Positions 49,555-64,000 of a DNA stretch of 64,000 bases are shown in pieces; the first letter of the stretch is position 1; every line of letters starts with the position of its first letter. Both the position numbers and the translations under genes were made by a program. The DNA comes from Eledone cirrhosa. Its lineage: Eukaryota. The stretch covers positions 39,990,001-40,054,000 of the forward strand of contig OZ024743.1 in NCBI GenBank assembly GCA_964016885.1, given 5' to 3'. The notes beneath the pieces were generated by a model, which was given only the letters and a program-made list of their open reading frames with translations, was not told the DNA's origin and searched no databases.

Positions 49555-49768
49555 GGCCTGTATTGGCTGGCCATTGGTGCAAGAGGGAGTTCGTTGCTGC
49601 TGCCCTTAGGTTTCCCTCGTGCCGTACTGTGGTCTTATCCGGGATTCTGGACCGCAAGGTCTCGAGATTTTTCTTGAAAGCATCCACGCCCACACCATGC
49701 ATATCTCTCAGATCCCTCGGCAGCCTGTTGAAGAGTTGAGGGCCCTAGAACCCCGGGCTACTGCAATA
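49555..49768 (-). mobile_element. CR1-group LINE 3' fragment
   Basis: Minus strand encodes GPQLFNRLPRDLRDMHGVGVDAFKKNLE...IPD...RAAATNSLLHQ, a typical CR1-like ORF2 C-terminus. Confidence 0.75.
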
Positions 49769-50195
49769 TAATTTTAAGAAATATTTATTTTGACTTCAAT
49801 TTGGCGTTTTAGGCTTGAAACCAAATGTTTTATTTCCTATTTTTTATCCACATACATTTTCAAAGACCTTTAGACTTTTTAGCCTTAAAATAACCACGCG
49901 CTCATAATTAACTGGTTTATATTTATTGCCTGGTTTATATTTATTGCCTGGTTAGTAAAATACTAGATCACTTCATTACTTTGTTTTTCCGAAAATATCG
50001 TCGTTTAGAATGTGTTAAGTTCTGTTACGCTACATTAGTATATGTGTGACCTCATGTAATGTATATCGAGGTTTATTGATCAACACAGCGTTATGTAACT
50101 ATTTAAAATAATGATATTCAGCAACTTTTAATTTTCATCTTTCTTTGTGTCAATAATTATAGTGGATGTTTTATTCATGATAAAATACCACGTTT

Positions 50196-50395
<200 letters not shown>

Positions 50396-51998
50396 TATTT
50401 ATCATTATTCTTATTGTTGTTGTTATTTTTGTTGTTTATGTTGCTGTTATTAATATTATTATTTATATTTTTTTTAAATGTTTAATTACATTGGTAAAAG
50501 AATAATAGTGATATATGATGAAATTACATTAACATTCTGAATATATTGAACGTTGTTTCCTCTTGTGAGTCTAGGTATGCAAGAATGAAATGAAACACAC
50601 ATATATTCTGACGTGTTCTTCATGTACTAGACACTATGTTGAATTATTCAGCTAGATTCTAAGAATCAGATATTTTCCTGTGTGTCTCACTGCATAATAA
50701 AGTCAATGTCAATGCATTGGGGAATGAAGTTCATGTAGGATATGTGTCAATATTACATGTGAAACTTCAGTTTGATTTTATAAGTAATATATTCTGTTTA
50801 ATGAAAATAAATAACTATTTGGAGTTGAATGGATCTTTAGTTGTTCGATCATTAGAACAGTGTGCCCGTGAAAGTAATATGTAAAGATCTTAGCATTTTA
50901 TTTACACGTGTACACTGAAAGCAATTGTCAGGTATATTCAGCATTGCATCTTTTGACTATGTTAACCAATCACACTCACAATGCGTTGATCGATCCTAGG
51001 CTACAGTATATAACAGATTGCGTAAGATGCAACGCAGTTAAATGGAAATGTGTTATATGGGCTTGCTGCGCCACATCCAAATATGTGTGGCGACTTATGG
51101 TATACAATTATATTAATTTCAAAAAACAGCTATCTAACGTGAATTCGCGGGTTTTGTAAGCGCAATGGGATACGCTAATTAATCGCTGCGCTGTATTATG
51201 GTGCTTTGACGCCCGGAATGGTATTTTTTTATATCAGATATCTAGGTGTTGGGGAGGTAATTAGTGTTGCGTGAAAGATAGGGGATAGGAGGTTACAACC
51301 TATCTCGATAAAGTAAAGTATACTCTAATAGAAATTAATAAAAGTATAAAACTTAGATTCATAGAATTAGAGACATGGTGAACGTAAAGATTGTTATGTT
51401 AGGGTCCTTATCTAATAGGGGAGTATACTGTTCGTGTCGAAGAAGTTCCAATAGCCTCAGTGAAGCCTTGACTAAATCTTAAAATGAAATTTGTTTCATG
51501 TGGGCAGTGATTGAAGAAATCAAAATTATTCCGCATCAATGCATAAATGCATAAATAACACCTCTGCGATTAATTTATTTAAGGTCCAGATTGTCCAGGA
51601 TCTTCCATATGACCAAGAAGACAGTGCCTGTATCTTTGAGGATTCACAGATGGCCTACGAGTATCGTGGCTTATATATTGTCTAGTTGCCTAATAATTAT
51701 TTCGTGGCTAGTGAATCTGCTCTCTGATATGCCTTCATATGTGGAGGTTTATTATTAAATATTCTAGGAAACCTATCTTACAATAATTGATGCTTGATTA
51801 TATTTATATATATAATCGGTGGCCATTGTCAAACTGATCTCTGTTTGACAATTACCACCTACCAGGAAAGTTAACCAGGAATCTTTAAACATCTTCCCAC
51901 CGAAGTTAACAAAGAACTTACTATATCTCCCAAATCACAATATTACAAAATTAACACAAATGTTTAGAACTACAAGTGAAATCATTATTCCCTTTTTG

Positions 51999-52030
<32 letters not shown>

Positions 52031-52413
52031 TGTGTGGGGTGGGGGTACTAGTACGTGTGTGGCTATGCGTGCGTGTGGGTGTGTATGTGTGTATGTGCGT
52101 CTGTGTGTGTATCTATATATGTATGTATATATATATATGTATTCATATATATATACAAATACCACTCCCCTTTCTTGTATATGTGTTTATGTGTATTTTG
52201 TACGTGTGCTTTGTGCGAATACATCGTTCGAGTGTATGTAAGTGTATATATTTCTTTGCCGCTTGGGTATGTTATTGCATATGTTTCTTCGATCGTGTAT
52301 GTACGTATGTATTTGTCTTTATGGAGCCTTTTCATATATATAAATTTATATATAATATATACATATATATATTATATGCATATATACACATATATATACA
52401 TATATATATACCT

Positions 52414-52535
<122 letters not shown>

Positions 52536-53169
52536 TGTTATATTGCAAAACAAATATATATGTATATATAGGTATATACAAATAGATTGAAATGCATCAA
52601 AGCATTCAATCGACTTACGTCTACAGAGGATTACATTTTTAATACATGCTTTCACCAGCGTACAATTACATCTGCTTATACGAATTCTTAGTAAAACAAG
52701 ATGGACGTACATACATACTAAACTGGTGTAATATTCGCTTAGTTAGCAACTATGTACGCAGTATTTGTTTGCTGAGTGTAGTATCTTACGAAAACTACGA
52801 GAGTCTATCTGAACTGATTAAATTTCTTTCGGTATTGTTAAGATCTTATTTTATTGTTGTAGAGTATTAGGTAAGAATCTCTCTGAACGTCTTTGAATAA
52901 ACAAGACGGGAAAGAAAACATGGTGTGGATTGGTATGGGGTGGAAAGCTAAGAATATTTAGAGTCGATGGGAATATGGTCTGTTAAATTCCTATTGTGCA
53001 TTTTTTCGGTTCGTATCCATCTCATTGCGATGTTGTCGATGTTTCTTTTCATTTCTATTGTTTAAAGACGTTCTATTTGTAGTATACGCAGAATATCCGA
53101 CACTGATCAACGGGAAAATCGCACCTAAAATAACAACTTCCTAACATGGTTTCAGCAACTCTCAATCAC

Positions 53170-54610
53170 TTAAATATTGCCACCACTGACATCACAAATA
53201 TCTACCTCAACATATTATATTAAAAGATTATCACCGTGTTAAACACACCTACAAAATATAGCAGGAAACATGTAACCTCAATAATGTTGCAACAGCTCAA
53301 AGTATGATATAATTCCTAAAACGATACTGCCACCGGCACTAACTATGTAAGCATCTCCAGCTCAGACATAACAAGAACAGCTATTTCAACGCTATGTTAT
53401 AACATTATACTCATGTTGAACACTACCAACGTATCGCGATACTTCATTCATCGTACGCCTATGCAATTCACAAAGGAGTTTCATAATTTCGTCGAGGGTT
53501 TTTGACTAGCAGTATCCATACCCTTTCAAATTAGATGAACAGTAACGGGATTCCTAAAACAATAACTCCATCACCAGTAAACAGAGAACGTTAACAACCA
53601 AAGTAGTTTTATCAATTGTTTGTTAAGGAAGAGGGAGAATTCATGAAATACCATATTTTCTATGAACAAACATCACAAAAACGCAACCTTTATTAATGAG
53701 AATAATAAATGATGTGATCAACTGGATAGCCAGTAAATGAGGGTTGTGTCAGTAGAATAATGGCGTTATACAGGGTTACAATATGAAACGAATTGTTGTA
53801 GTAAATAAGTATGTAAGCTCCTTCTCTGTTCATCTCTTTCCCAAAGTTGTCGACATACAACAATTTAAACGAAACAGAAACCACCATAAAATCGCTGATC
53901 AGCAAAACCTACCATTTTAAGAAAACCCACTGTACTAATAGGAAATGTATCATATGTAGAGTAAACCCCCGGATAAACTGTAAAACTAAGATGTACAGAG
54001 GCTACTTGCAGAAACATGACAACAACATACATTGGCAAGACAGCTCGTAGCATTGGTGAAAGGATAGACCAACACTGTGGGGAACTAAAAGGACGAAAAA
54101 ACGGTTCAGTACTATACGAACATGCCAGACACAACACAACGCTAACATAGACAAAATAGCAGTTAGAATAATATCTAAACATAGAAATGACCCAGCAGAT
54201 AGGCAAATCAGAGAGGCCAGCGAAATAGAACTTAGAAGGCCAAGGCTAAACAGAAGAAAATGAATGGAATAACAACAAGACCCGAACAAACAAAACTGAC
54301 CTAAGAGAAGTATAAATAAATAAATAAATAAATAAATACATACACAAGCACAATAACAACAAACCCATATAAACACACACTAGTAAACTAAGATAGAATA
54401 CATTAACCAATACACAGTCACCCAAACAAGAACACACATCAAACAAAACACTTTACACACACGCAAACTCATGCGCAGAGAAGACAAACAAATAAACAAA
54501 TAAATAAATAAATAAAGATGGCGTAAGCATACAATGCAACAGGAGGAAACATAATAGCACCAGTGACGATGTTGCAGATGTGCAACGAAAGAACTTTGAT
54601 AGACTATATA
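53170..54610 (+). mobile_element. Degenerate Penelope-like element (RT remnant + GIY-YIG endonuclease)
   Basis: DITNIYLNI (RT motif-like) near 53190. 53870-54270 reads C...KC..C......C...ATC..TYIGKTARSIGERIDQH..SVLYEH..RQIREA..RPRLN. Degenerate hammerhead-like hairpin at 54563-54590. Confidence 0.75.
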
Positions 54611-54880
54611 TATATGTGCTTGTGTCTATATTGTATCTGTATTTTTTACCGTTGGTCAGTCAATGGCAACATTGAGGACCGAATAAATTAAATAAACCGA
54701 TATAAAAGACACAGAAGCGAAAACCAACCAGACAGTGAGTGTGTTCTGTTATTAATGCTGGCTATATTATTACACAAATATGACCCTCCCCAAGTATAAC
54801 AATATTTGTTTCGACACACGATTTCATATCAAAAACCTCGCAAAACTAATTCATTGCCGCTATATATATATATATATATA

Positions 54881-55928
54881 GAAGTGGTTACGCAACAGTT
54901 AGTTAACCATACCGAGAACAATTGTTTCACCTTAGCGGATTCTAAGCTCGGTATGGGCATGGTTATAGGAACAGGAAGGACAACCGTATGAACGCGCATG
55001 CGCATAAACCCGGTCACTTCACACAGGCAATACTAGCCCTCTTAGATAGACACTTTCCCATAGGTCATAAATACCGCTCCATCTTTAACCGACACAAAGT
55101 TAAACTAGGATAATCCTGCGCTAAGAACATGAAGGCCCACATCACCAGCAGCCCTAGGAGCAACACCCAACCAGGGTGGTCTTGCCGTAAGCCTGAGGCT
55201 TGCCCCCTTCAACAGCAATGCAACACACCAGCTGTAAATTATGAAGCTGTGGTCACTTGCAACCGACGAAACGAACCACAAGAGGTAAAATCCTATATGG
55301 GCATGGCCGAGGACCGATTTAAGGAAATTTCCTGAACCACCAGTCTACCTTCAGGTAACCGGACAGACGTTTATCCACGAAACTCGCGAGCCACGTATGG
55401 TCCCTTAGGGACTCAAGTATAGACTACTCCATTCAATGGAAAGCCATCACTAAGTCCAAGCCATACCCAAGGGGAAATCCGACATGTGGCTTATGTATTG
55501 ACTAACGAATAACTATTGTAAAGAGATTACGCAATAGTGATTGCCTAAATATGAGAAATAAATTGTTCACACGTTGTCCACACGTCGCCAAACATCTATT
55601 GCATAACTACAAAGCTCGGGACTGATTCTTTGTAATTTTATTTTCAACCTAGAAACTTTTGGGACTTTAGCAGTTATCTCCCTTACATCTCTCGAACGCA
55701 GTCTATTAGTGCCTGTGTGAAGTGATCGGATTTCTGCGCATGCGTGTTCATACGGTTGTCCTTCCTGTTCCTATACCCATGCCCATTCCGAGCTGAGGAT
55801 CCGGTAAGCTGAAACAATTGTTCTCTCTCAGTATGTTGAACTAACTGTTGTGTAACCAACTCTACCTAACTCGTCCCATGGACTGAGTGCTCTACCACTA
55901 TGGATATTACCTTCCAGTGTTCCACCAC
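54881..55928 (+). mobile_element. 5'-truncated PLE (Naiad-like GIY-YIG) with inverted 5' pLTR, inserted in (TA)n
   Basis: LLDRHFPIGHKYRSIFNRHKVKL..SC..NM, CRKPEACPLQQQC, SYMG..E..FK, STKLASHVW, CGLC, CLN.R..LF..CPH. Inverted arms 54881-55029 / 55710-55864, with a tail to 55928. Confidence 0.85.
55783..55825 (+). ncRNA. Hammerhead motif in the PLE 3' pLTR (partly degenerate; inverted paralogue at 54907-54956)
   Basis: GAG-CTGAGGA-TCCGGTAAGCT-GAAA-CAATTG-TT-CTC. The inverted copy keeps a perfect 10-bp stem I but has a mutated core. Confidence 0.65.
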
Positions 55929-55942
55929 TATATATATATATA

Positions 55943-56045
<103 letters not shown>

Positions 56046-57289
56046 AGATATAGATATATAGATATGGTTGCGTGTCTGTGTCCATATATGTATGTTTTCA
56101 TGCATGAATGGACACACTAAGCTTTAGATTTAGTAGAATGTATTGATTCCAGGTACATGAACTATCGTATATTTTGGTTTCTAGTAAATTCCCGGGATAT
56201 TGGTTGACCAATTGCTCTGCTTAATTGTTTTGTTTATTTTTTTAATTATTTCATTCTTTCTCTTAGATTTCAGTTATTTTTTGAAAGCAATGCACTGGCC
56301 CCTAAATTACTACAGTGGGTCCAACAATGCTACTGTGGGCTCTTGCCATGCTACCATTGGCCCCCTGCGGCCTACTTGCCATTGGGCAACTTGGCAACCT
56401 GGCCAGTCTGATAGATTTGATTAAAAAATAAACATTCAATCGATTCCAGAATTTAGTTTGGAAATGTGAAATTGAATGATGTCTTAATACCATTATCACT
56501 TAATATATTATTTTAATCGGTAATCAAGCAGAGCGTTTCCTTGTGTATTTGATACTGGTGGGAAAGCAACATTTTCTATTGAAATGTCAACCAAACGTGT
56601 TACGGAAGAAATTATTTACCTAGAAAGATAATGATTGTACAAGTTGTTTTAAACACAGATGAGAGAGTTTTTATTTGTTAGTTTGCTCTGCTATAAAGAA
56701 CAATTAATTTCCTCCACAAAATATTACGTTAAAAATATGGACATTATATATTAAACTATTTAGTACGGGAGAACTTTGATTCTTTTCTCAGACTCAAATA
56801 TGATATACGGTTTACTATTTTCTCAGTTTATAGTTTCTATTGAATATACTGCCTGTAACGTAGGGAGCCGACGTCGATTGATATTTGCTTAGATCGACAT
56901 AAAGAATCAGCAAATCTGAACGCATGTGCGACATACGCAAGATCACAAACACATGCATACACACAAAAAAAAATACACCGATATATACATACATAAATAC
57001 ATACATACAGACAGACAAACAGATATGATTCAATAAAGTTACTCCAGACGTTCTTCGGCCGTTTGCATTTGCAATCGTTTTCTTTCGATCATTGGCCAAG
57101 ATTCATGACAATAGCCAAGGGTTGGCACAAATATCAAATGAAGGATAGGAGGGTTCTTGTGATTATCGAATGTTGAAGCTGCCATATTACTGTTCCAACA
57201 CCTGCAATTATTGCACTTAATTCAGCCTCTCCACTACACTCAACTCGGGAATACAGCTCAGATATATATATATATATATATTCATGCAG

Positions 57290-59450
57290 AACCTTCCACA
57301 TAAGATGCCGTGGAATATGGTCATAGGCTTGTTTGATCTCTACGATATCTCAAACATCTTCCTGCAGCGGGAATATTTGATTGTATGTGCTGCGTCTGGA
57401 GCTAAAACAACACTGTTCATCAGCTAGCTTGGACTTGACAATCTCGCTACATCTATTTGCCAGACACTTATCATAGACTTTACCAGGGATGCTTATCAAA
57501 GAGACCTCTTGGAGAAATACCTATTGTCTCTCTTTTTGATAATTGCGATTATCTTTTATGATTGCTTTTGCTGAGCTGACTTTCCAGAAATCAAGTCTAT
57601 CCGGCACAAATGAGCCAACCAGTGAATACTTTCTTTGTCCATGGTTTTTAACATCTCTAGCCGAATTTCGTCCTCCAAGGTAACCTTCCATATTTGAGCC
57701 TCATATAGATTAATCATCGCTCTTAGATGCACCTCTTGTACATCAGGATATGTTCCTGTGTCCGGGTTTAGGAAATCAGCGATGATGCCCCTCTCTGACT
57801 TGAGGAAAACCGCAGACACCTTCCTGACAACAGGGGTGGTGGAAGTTTTCTTATTACGAAATCAGTGAATGGTCTTCCAGAACACTATATTTGCAGATCT
57901 GAAGGAGGATTTACCCTTAAAACTAAGGTGCTCCCATGTCATAACTTTGGACGCTCTTCCTGTTTCAGCTGCAAGGTTTTACGCCTGTTTTGTGGAAAGT
58001 GTTTGAATGAGGTCGCATTTTCCAGCCAAGCTTTGTAGGCTTCCTTCTTTGCTCGGATGGTATATTTCACCTGCTACACAGCGCCAGAGGAAGATGCTTT
58101 CGCCCACACAATTTAATATGTGAAGCAGAAACTGCCGGGCTGAACAATTTCCACTCCTTTTCAGTTTGCTCTGGGAGTCCTCTGAATTTGGATGCATATA
58201 GTGTCAGCATACCTGGTCTTGAATTCTCTATCCCCAAACCCTTCCCACTTCATCCTGTATGACGATCTGGAAATGGCAGTTTTGGGGCTTTCTTTGGATT
58301 TAGGTAGACTTAGGTTGCAAATAACTTGATGATGATAAGTTGAACTTCCAGCACAAAATAGCAGGGGCAAAGATCAATTAGCAAAAATCAATTACCGATT
58401 TCTGTATCTGTTATCCATTATACCATGTATATTTATAGATAGCTGTGTGCTGGAAGAGGGTGTTCATAATAAAAAACCCACTAATAGAACATAACTCTAA
58501 TAAAGCATCTCCATTCGCTTTGAATCGGGATTCCCGTTCCTTCCAACCCCTCCTTTCCATATCCGGTGCTCTGTGCCAACACGTACATTCATAATCTTCC
58601 CCTAGTGTATATGAGTAAGTCTGTACCACATTCAACAGTGCAGTGAAATTATTCAGGAAGGATCATTATTCATATCCCTTTTTTGCGTAAAATTGCATAA
58701 GCTACAAAGACGCTTCTTTCAGTCTCTGCTTCAAGGCGAAAGTCATCCATCCTAAATGGATAAAGCTCATGGCACCATTTGACAGACGGTGTTTTGTGAG
58801 AATTCCACTCTCGACTGGGCAGTCAATTCTGGCGTCGCACCTGACTAGTGGAGTTTCCATTCTGCATCTAAATCTCAGAGTAACAGAACCATGCAAATTA
58901 TTTGAGGAAACCACAACTAAACTAGTCGGTTGCATTAACCTCCCAAACTTGTTCCTGATCCCTACCTCTAAGGGCAGTGGTGTTCTAAGTTCCAACGTTT
59001 ACGGATCGCTCCCTTCCGATATGTCCTTGGCGTCTCGAAATCCACAATGTTTGTGCGTCCATCGCATACCTCCAAGGACAGGTCACAGGCCCATTGCCAA
59101 TTTTTACAGCATGAGATTGAGACTCTCCTATGTTTTGCGAACAGGCACCTCTACGCATGGCCTAAATGCGTCACTTGTTAACCAGCTCAATGTACGATGT
59201 CATGTGACTGCGTTTGTTGTGTCTCGCCAATTGCAAATGTTGGTGGTCTCTTTAAGGCCAGTCAAGAGTTTGGTACATTGTTGAGACTCTCAACAATGTT
59301 CTTTTTAGAGGCAGCCATTATTCACATCGTTATAGCTACATAACGGAGGTGTGAGAGTTTTATTGAGAGTTAACTGTTTCACCCATTGCATCATCTCCCC
59401 TAGTTGCTAACCGCTGCTGATTCGCGTCTGCTTAGTCGTCCCACACATTC
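57290..59450 (-). mobile_element. Degenerate RTE-clade LINE (endonuclease and start of RT)
   Basis: NGDALLELCSISGFFIMNTLFQHTAIYKYTW (58411-58635) and DEIRLEMLKTMDKESIHWLAHLC (57556-57819). The 5' boundary is uncertain. Confidence 0.75.
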
Positions 59451-59473
59451 CTGCTTATCATTATATATATATA

Positions 59474-59587
59474 TTCAAATCCCGCCGAGGTTGACTTTGC
59501 CTTTAATCCTTACGGGGTCGATAAAATAAAGTACCAGTAATGCACTGGGATAATTGCTGGCCTTGTGCCTAAAGTAGAAACAATTAT
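59474..59587 (+). mobile_element. SINE, 5'-truncated at the B box, in (TA)n
   Basis: TTCAAATCCCGCCGAGGTTGACTTTGCCTTTAATCCTTACGGGGTCGATAAAATAAAGTACCAG... Confidence 0.85.
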
Positions 59588-59838
59588 ATATATATATTGC
59601 TGCAAACTGATTCGGCGAAACTGCAGTCGGGTCTTTGAAGAAATAAATAGGTATATTTTTGTTTATTATTTCCTTGTATATTTAAATTGATAAATAGCCC
59701 TGATTATTGAGTTATATTAATTCGTTTGGATATTTTAACTCTTTCGGTCATCGAACTAAACTTGTTATGGCGGACATCACACGCACATATACACATGAAT
59801 ATTTGTGAGTATATCATTATTATATTGTCCCAAATTTG

Positions 59839-59895
59839 CCTATGGCAAATATGTTACTCGCAAATATGTTTTCTAGCAAATATGTTACTCGCATA
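59839..59895. repeat. 15-bp tandem repeat GCAAATATGTTACTC, ~3.5 copies
   Basis: Direct observation. Confidence 0.8.
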
Positions 59896-60721
59896 TTGTC
59901 CACCTTTTCTACCCTTCTGGGACCACTGTTAATTTCACGTGTTAATTTCTCCCTCCACTTCTCGAGGATTTCTCACTTGTCCTTCTTGAGGGGTCTCTTG
60001 GACCCAACACTAACCCTTACTCAATATATTGATAACCACCTTTGCCTTTCCACACCGTCCCTCATCTCAGTGCATTTGTCTTATATAACATGTAACGCTT
60101 TGTAAGATCAGATTTTTAAAATATCATGTCGCATTCATCACCCCACCGCCGCCACCATCAGTCACATTGCCATACACCCCTCATCTCAGTACCATTGTGT
60201 TCTATCTGTCCTCTCTGTCAGGTTTTACCTTGTAAACCATCGTAACATCCGATCCTGTAAATATAATGTCGAACATATCGCCCCATCTCCACCACCACCA
60301 CCACCACCATACACATCGCTATACGTCCACTATCCCTCATCCACAACCTTGTTTTCCCCGTGTTCCCTATGTCGTTTTTTAACCTGTAATCCATCGTAAA
60401 ATTCGATCCTGTTAATATTTTGCCGCATCCACCACCACCACCACCACCAGGCACATATCCATACTTCAACAATCATCAACATCACCAACACAAACAATTA
60501 TTTTATATATATATATATATGTCAATTTTTTCTGAGTCGGTTTGTTCGTTGTTCTATTCCTAGCGGCTCGCTTATCGGTCGCTGTCTTCAATTTGCATAG
60601 TTGTCTAAACGTAATGTTAAAACTCTAAGGTAAAATTCCTTATTGAGTGCTTTAAATGCACATCCCGGCTGCATTCGTTAGCTTGGCTGCGGCCAGAGCT
60701 TCTATGTTTCTGTACTTCGTT

Positions 60722-60769
<48 letters not shown>

Positions 60770-62594
60770 GAGAGAGAGAGATAGAGAGAGAAGGGGAGAG
60801 AGAGAAAGGGATGTATGTGTGTTTATGCGACGGCGTTCGGCTTAGTTTCTGTCTACCTAACTTCAGCTTACAATGAATTTATCAAATCGAGACTATATTA
60901 CGCTAAGACACTGATTGGAAGCGAACTCTGTATTCACACATTCGTTCGAATATGATTTATATATATTTAATATTATTCAGAAATAAAATGGTAAATGCCT
61001 TAAGGTAGGCAACAAATTATAGTTAAGCTGCGTTCATTGCATGTCAGTATTAATTGGCTAAAATTGTTTCCAGTCACTAATGAAATAGAAAAGTTCAGAC
61101 GTTGCTTGTTCTTCATATTTGTTTTTATCTAAAAAACACAACATATGCTACCTGATCAGAAATAACATTATGTAAAATAAATAGATAACATAAATCTATG
61201 AAATATTAATTAATATTTTAATTACATAATTAACGAATTGATTTATCAATATTGGTGTCACTACATTTTGAAGATTTGCTGGCATATCAAATATTATGAG
61301 GAATTATACATAGCTTGTAAATGAGATGCGTCGGTGGATTATGATTTTGCAAAAACATATGCATAGATACAAATGTATAAAGAGACTGTGGAACGCACTG
61401 TCTTTTATATTTACTTCCAAATACCTAAATGAATGATCTGAATGTTGAGATCGTTCTCTATCTTATTATGAGAATGTTGCATATTTTTTTATATCTACGG
61501 GCATTATTTAGAAATCTAAATCACAAGATGAATCGATTAAAAATAAAATAAAATAAAAGATACCGCTTCAAGAAAATCTAATAACAAAAATAAAGTGCAA
61601 ATAAAGTAAATACAAGCATATTCATAGCACATTGTTTTCGGTAAAATTTTAATAGAATCAAAAGAAGTCTGGAAGCATTAAACATAATTTAAAAGTTTCG
61701 TCTGCCAATTTACATTCAGTTACGTTGATATGTCTTCAGGTAGAATTTGGTAACCCTTTTAAAACTTTATGTCACTCCTCCACCATCATTCCTCAAAATG
61801 ACAATAAATTGAATAAATTTAGAGCCAAGGAGATGAGAAACAAAAGAACTGATTTGAAACCTCAAATATTGGAACGTCATGAGTAGCAAATGGTTGTATT
61901 ATATAAAACAGATATTTGTAAATACCTCCTAGCTGTTGTGAATATTTTATGGTGAAAACTTTTCCCTTAGCAGATTGAGCAAGGAAATGACAAAGAAAAA
62001 ATGAAACAGGATAACAATTCCTCTTTCTTTGTCAATCACATATGGCCTGAAACAAAGAGTAGATGATCAGGACAATTCGAATAGAACTCATGAAGGTTTG
62101 ATAAATGAGGTTTTAAGATACATGATGTTTGTTCAAAAGAACTACATACCTCTCGTTTCATTTGTAATCACACAAACAAGTGTATCATTGAAATAAGCTA
62201 CAGGCAGACGTGACGACACACTGAGTATATGACGAAAAGGCGTCTTTTCTTGTTCAATTACTGCCCATCTGACTGTATTTCACTGTTTCCTTTTACGATA
62301 TTGTCGCCATGGCCATGAAATAATGTTAAACGCATACATTATTATATAAATGTGCAATGCACAAGGGATAATGTTGTATACACAACATTTCTATACATGG
62401 AAATATGCCTGTCATGAGAAATATATTTTGTTTCTGTCATGGAGTGTCATGAGTCTTTTCAGAAGATCAGAATTTGGTGTGATGGTATGATGCATCCTCA
62501 AAGTTTCGTCATGTCCGGAATTCATGCAAGCGGGTGCACTCCACTAAATTTTATTTAAAGGAGCTTTATGGACTGGTAAATTGCGTAACGGTGG

Positions 62595-62852
62595 GCTGAG
62601 GAGGCCAAACTCTTCAAATGCCGGTCGCTCTCCGACAGGTTTTCGGTTGTACCCTTGGCAGTGGAGACATCTGGTGTCTTCGGCCCTAGGACTACCTCCC
62701 TACTCTCCATCATAGGCGCTGAGCTGGCAAGCCGCAGGTGTGAGCCTAGCGAGCAGGAATGGCTTTTCCAGCGCGTCTCCCTTGCCGTCCTCCGAAGAAA
62801 CGCCTTCTCATTCTGTACACCGGGGCTGTGGGGAGGCCACCAATATGATTGA
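62595..62852 (+). mobile_element. CRE-clade non-LTR retrotransposon 3' fragment (RLE C-terminus)
   Basis: AEEAK..K...L...F..VPLAVETSGVFG...IG...FQRVSLAVLRRNA matches the CRE-type RLE tail. GC-rich island in AT-rich DNA. Confidence 0.7.
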
Positions 62853-64000
62853 CTGACTTGTCAGATGTTCTATTAACATTATAGACGACAGATGTAACTG
62901 AAAATATATAGTAATCATGCCCATTATACAATGTTACATATTGAGGTATATTCTAGTTTATTTGAATAAATGTTTGTTGACATCGAATGGCGTGTACGTA
63001 TATAGCTAATAGCAACCAGATCTTAAGTATGTATAGCCTGTATAGTTAAATAAAATGGCAAAGTCGGAATTTGATCTCTGTATTGGGTTGGAATGATGAA
63101 GAAACTTCTCGGTCCCACAGCATACCGCATCACCGTTCTTGTTAGATAGTCTAGTGCTCAGGACAAGACGTCCGTTTATAAATTATTTCCGATGAAAATG
63201 ACCTTTACCAACTTCATAGAATGCCATTTAGCATATCTCAGAGGAAATATATTTCATTTCAATTGTAATCTGAAAGGCGGATGAGAAGATTAGTAAGATA
63301 TACAAACAGGAGAATTTCCGCAGAGTTACATCATCATATGTACCCATTGTTTTAAGCTAAAACTTTCTCAACGTTGAATCTATTTCGAATAGTGAGCTCG
63401 CCGTACAACAGAGCATTTAAATATGCTTTCCTACACGGTACCTAATTATTGTCTTACAACATATTACCTAATTCATTTTCACTACGCAGGAACTAACTTT
63501 ATTTTATTAAAGAATGCATACTTTTATTTGACTTTATACTACACGATTTGTTTTACTACACATAATCTATATTGGTTTTACTGCATAGTGTATATCTTTT
63601 CTTACACAATACGTAGAATATTTCTACTATACACTACGTAATCTCGACGTACTGCCCAATAACTAAGTTCAAATATTTCCCTTTTGTTACATTTGTGTTA
63701 ACCTTTATCCTTCCATTTCCATATCCATAAAAAGATAAAGAAAATTATGCATGAGTGGTGAAAGTAAATATGTGTAAAAATGGTTAATTTAAAATTCAAA
63801 TTGAATTTAAAATAGAGACGACGTTGAATATATTAGCTAACAATTAAATATCGCATACGTTATGTAGAAAATGATTTAAACATTCTAATTTAAAATACAC
63901 ATTAGGGAGATATATATATAAAAATACAGAAAATATAAATGTTAAAATAAAAAAAAAAATTATAATTAGGTGGAAAACAATGGAGACAATTTTATTGATT

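Noticed and set aside
54563-54600. GTGACGA-T-GTTGCA/TGCAAC-GAAA after the GIY-YIG remnant
   Set aside because: Good stem II, but core position 3, stem I and stem III are broken. Kept only as supporting evidence for the PLE.
55129-55624. Selenocysteine recoding as reported for some Naiad elements
   Set aside because: No in-frame TGA at conserved Cys positions; the stops look like ordinary decay.
59839-59895. Short direct repeats as a CRISPR-like array
   Set aside because: No spacers, eukaryotic context; a simple minisatellite.

Overview
This is AT-rich, microsatellite-dense eukaryotic DNA with no supportable host gene. The SINE and repeat content resembles an octopus (cephalopod) genome, which is an inference. 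The window has two zones. Zone 1 (3.1-31.3 kb) is a ~28-kb pile-up of non-LTR retrotransposons, all sitting in one (TAA)n/(TTA)n microsatellite: two copies of an R4/Dong-like family A in inverted orientation, three head-to-tail copies of an R4/Dong-like family B (two with intact 1130-aa ORFs), and a Tx1/L1-like element with short 3'-end fragments. The microsatellite flips polarity at a palindrome of two head-to-head LINE 3' ends. Zone 2 (the rest) is old TE debris (RTE, CR1, CRE, hAT-like, SINEs) plus many (TA)n-embedded Penelope-like (PLE) fragments and fold-backs. By eye I find five well-formed type I hammerhead ribozyme motifs (HHRs) and several variant or degenerate ones. One pair, with a U3-A8 core variant, bounds a 593-nt non-coding unit resembling a retrozyme. 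All alignments and folds were done by eye.
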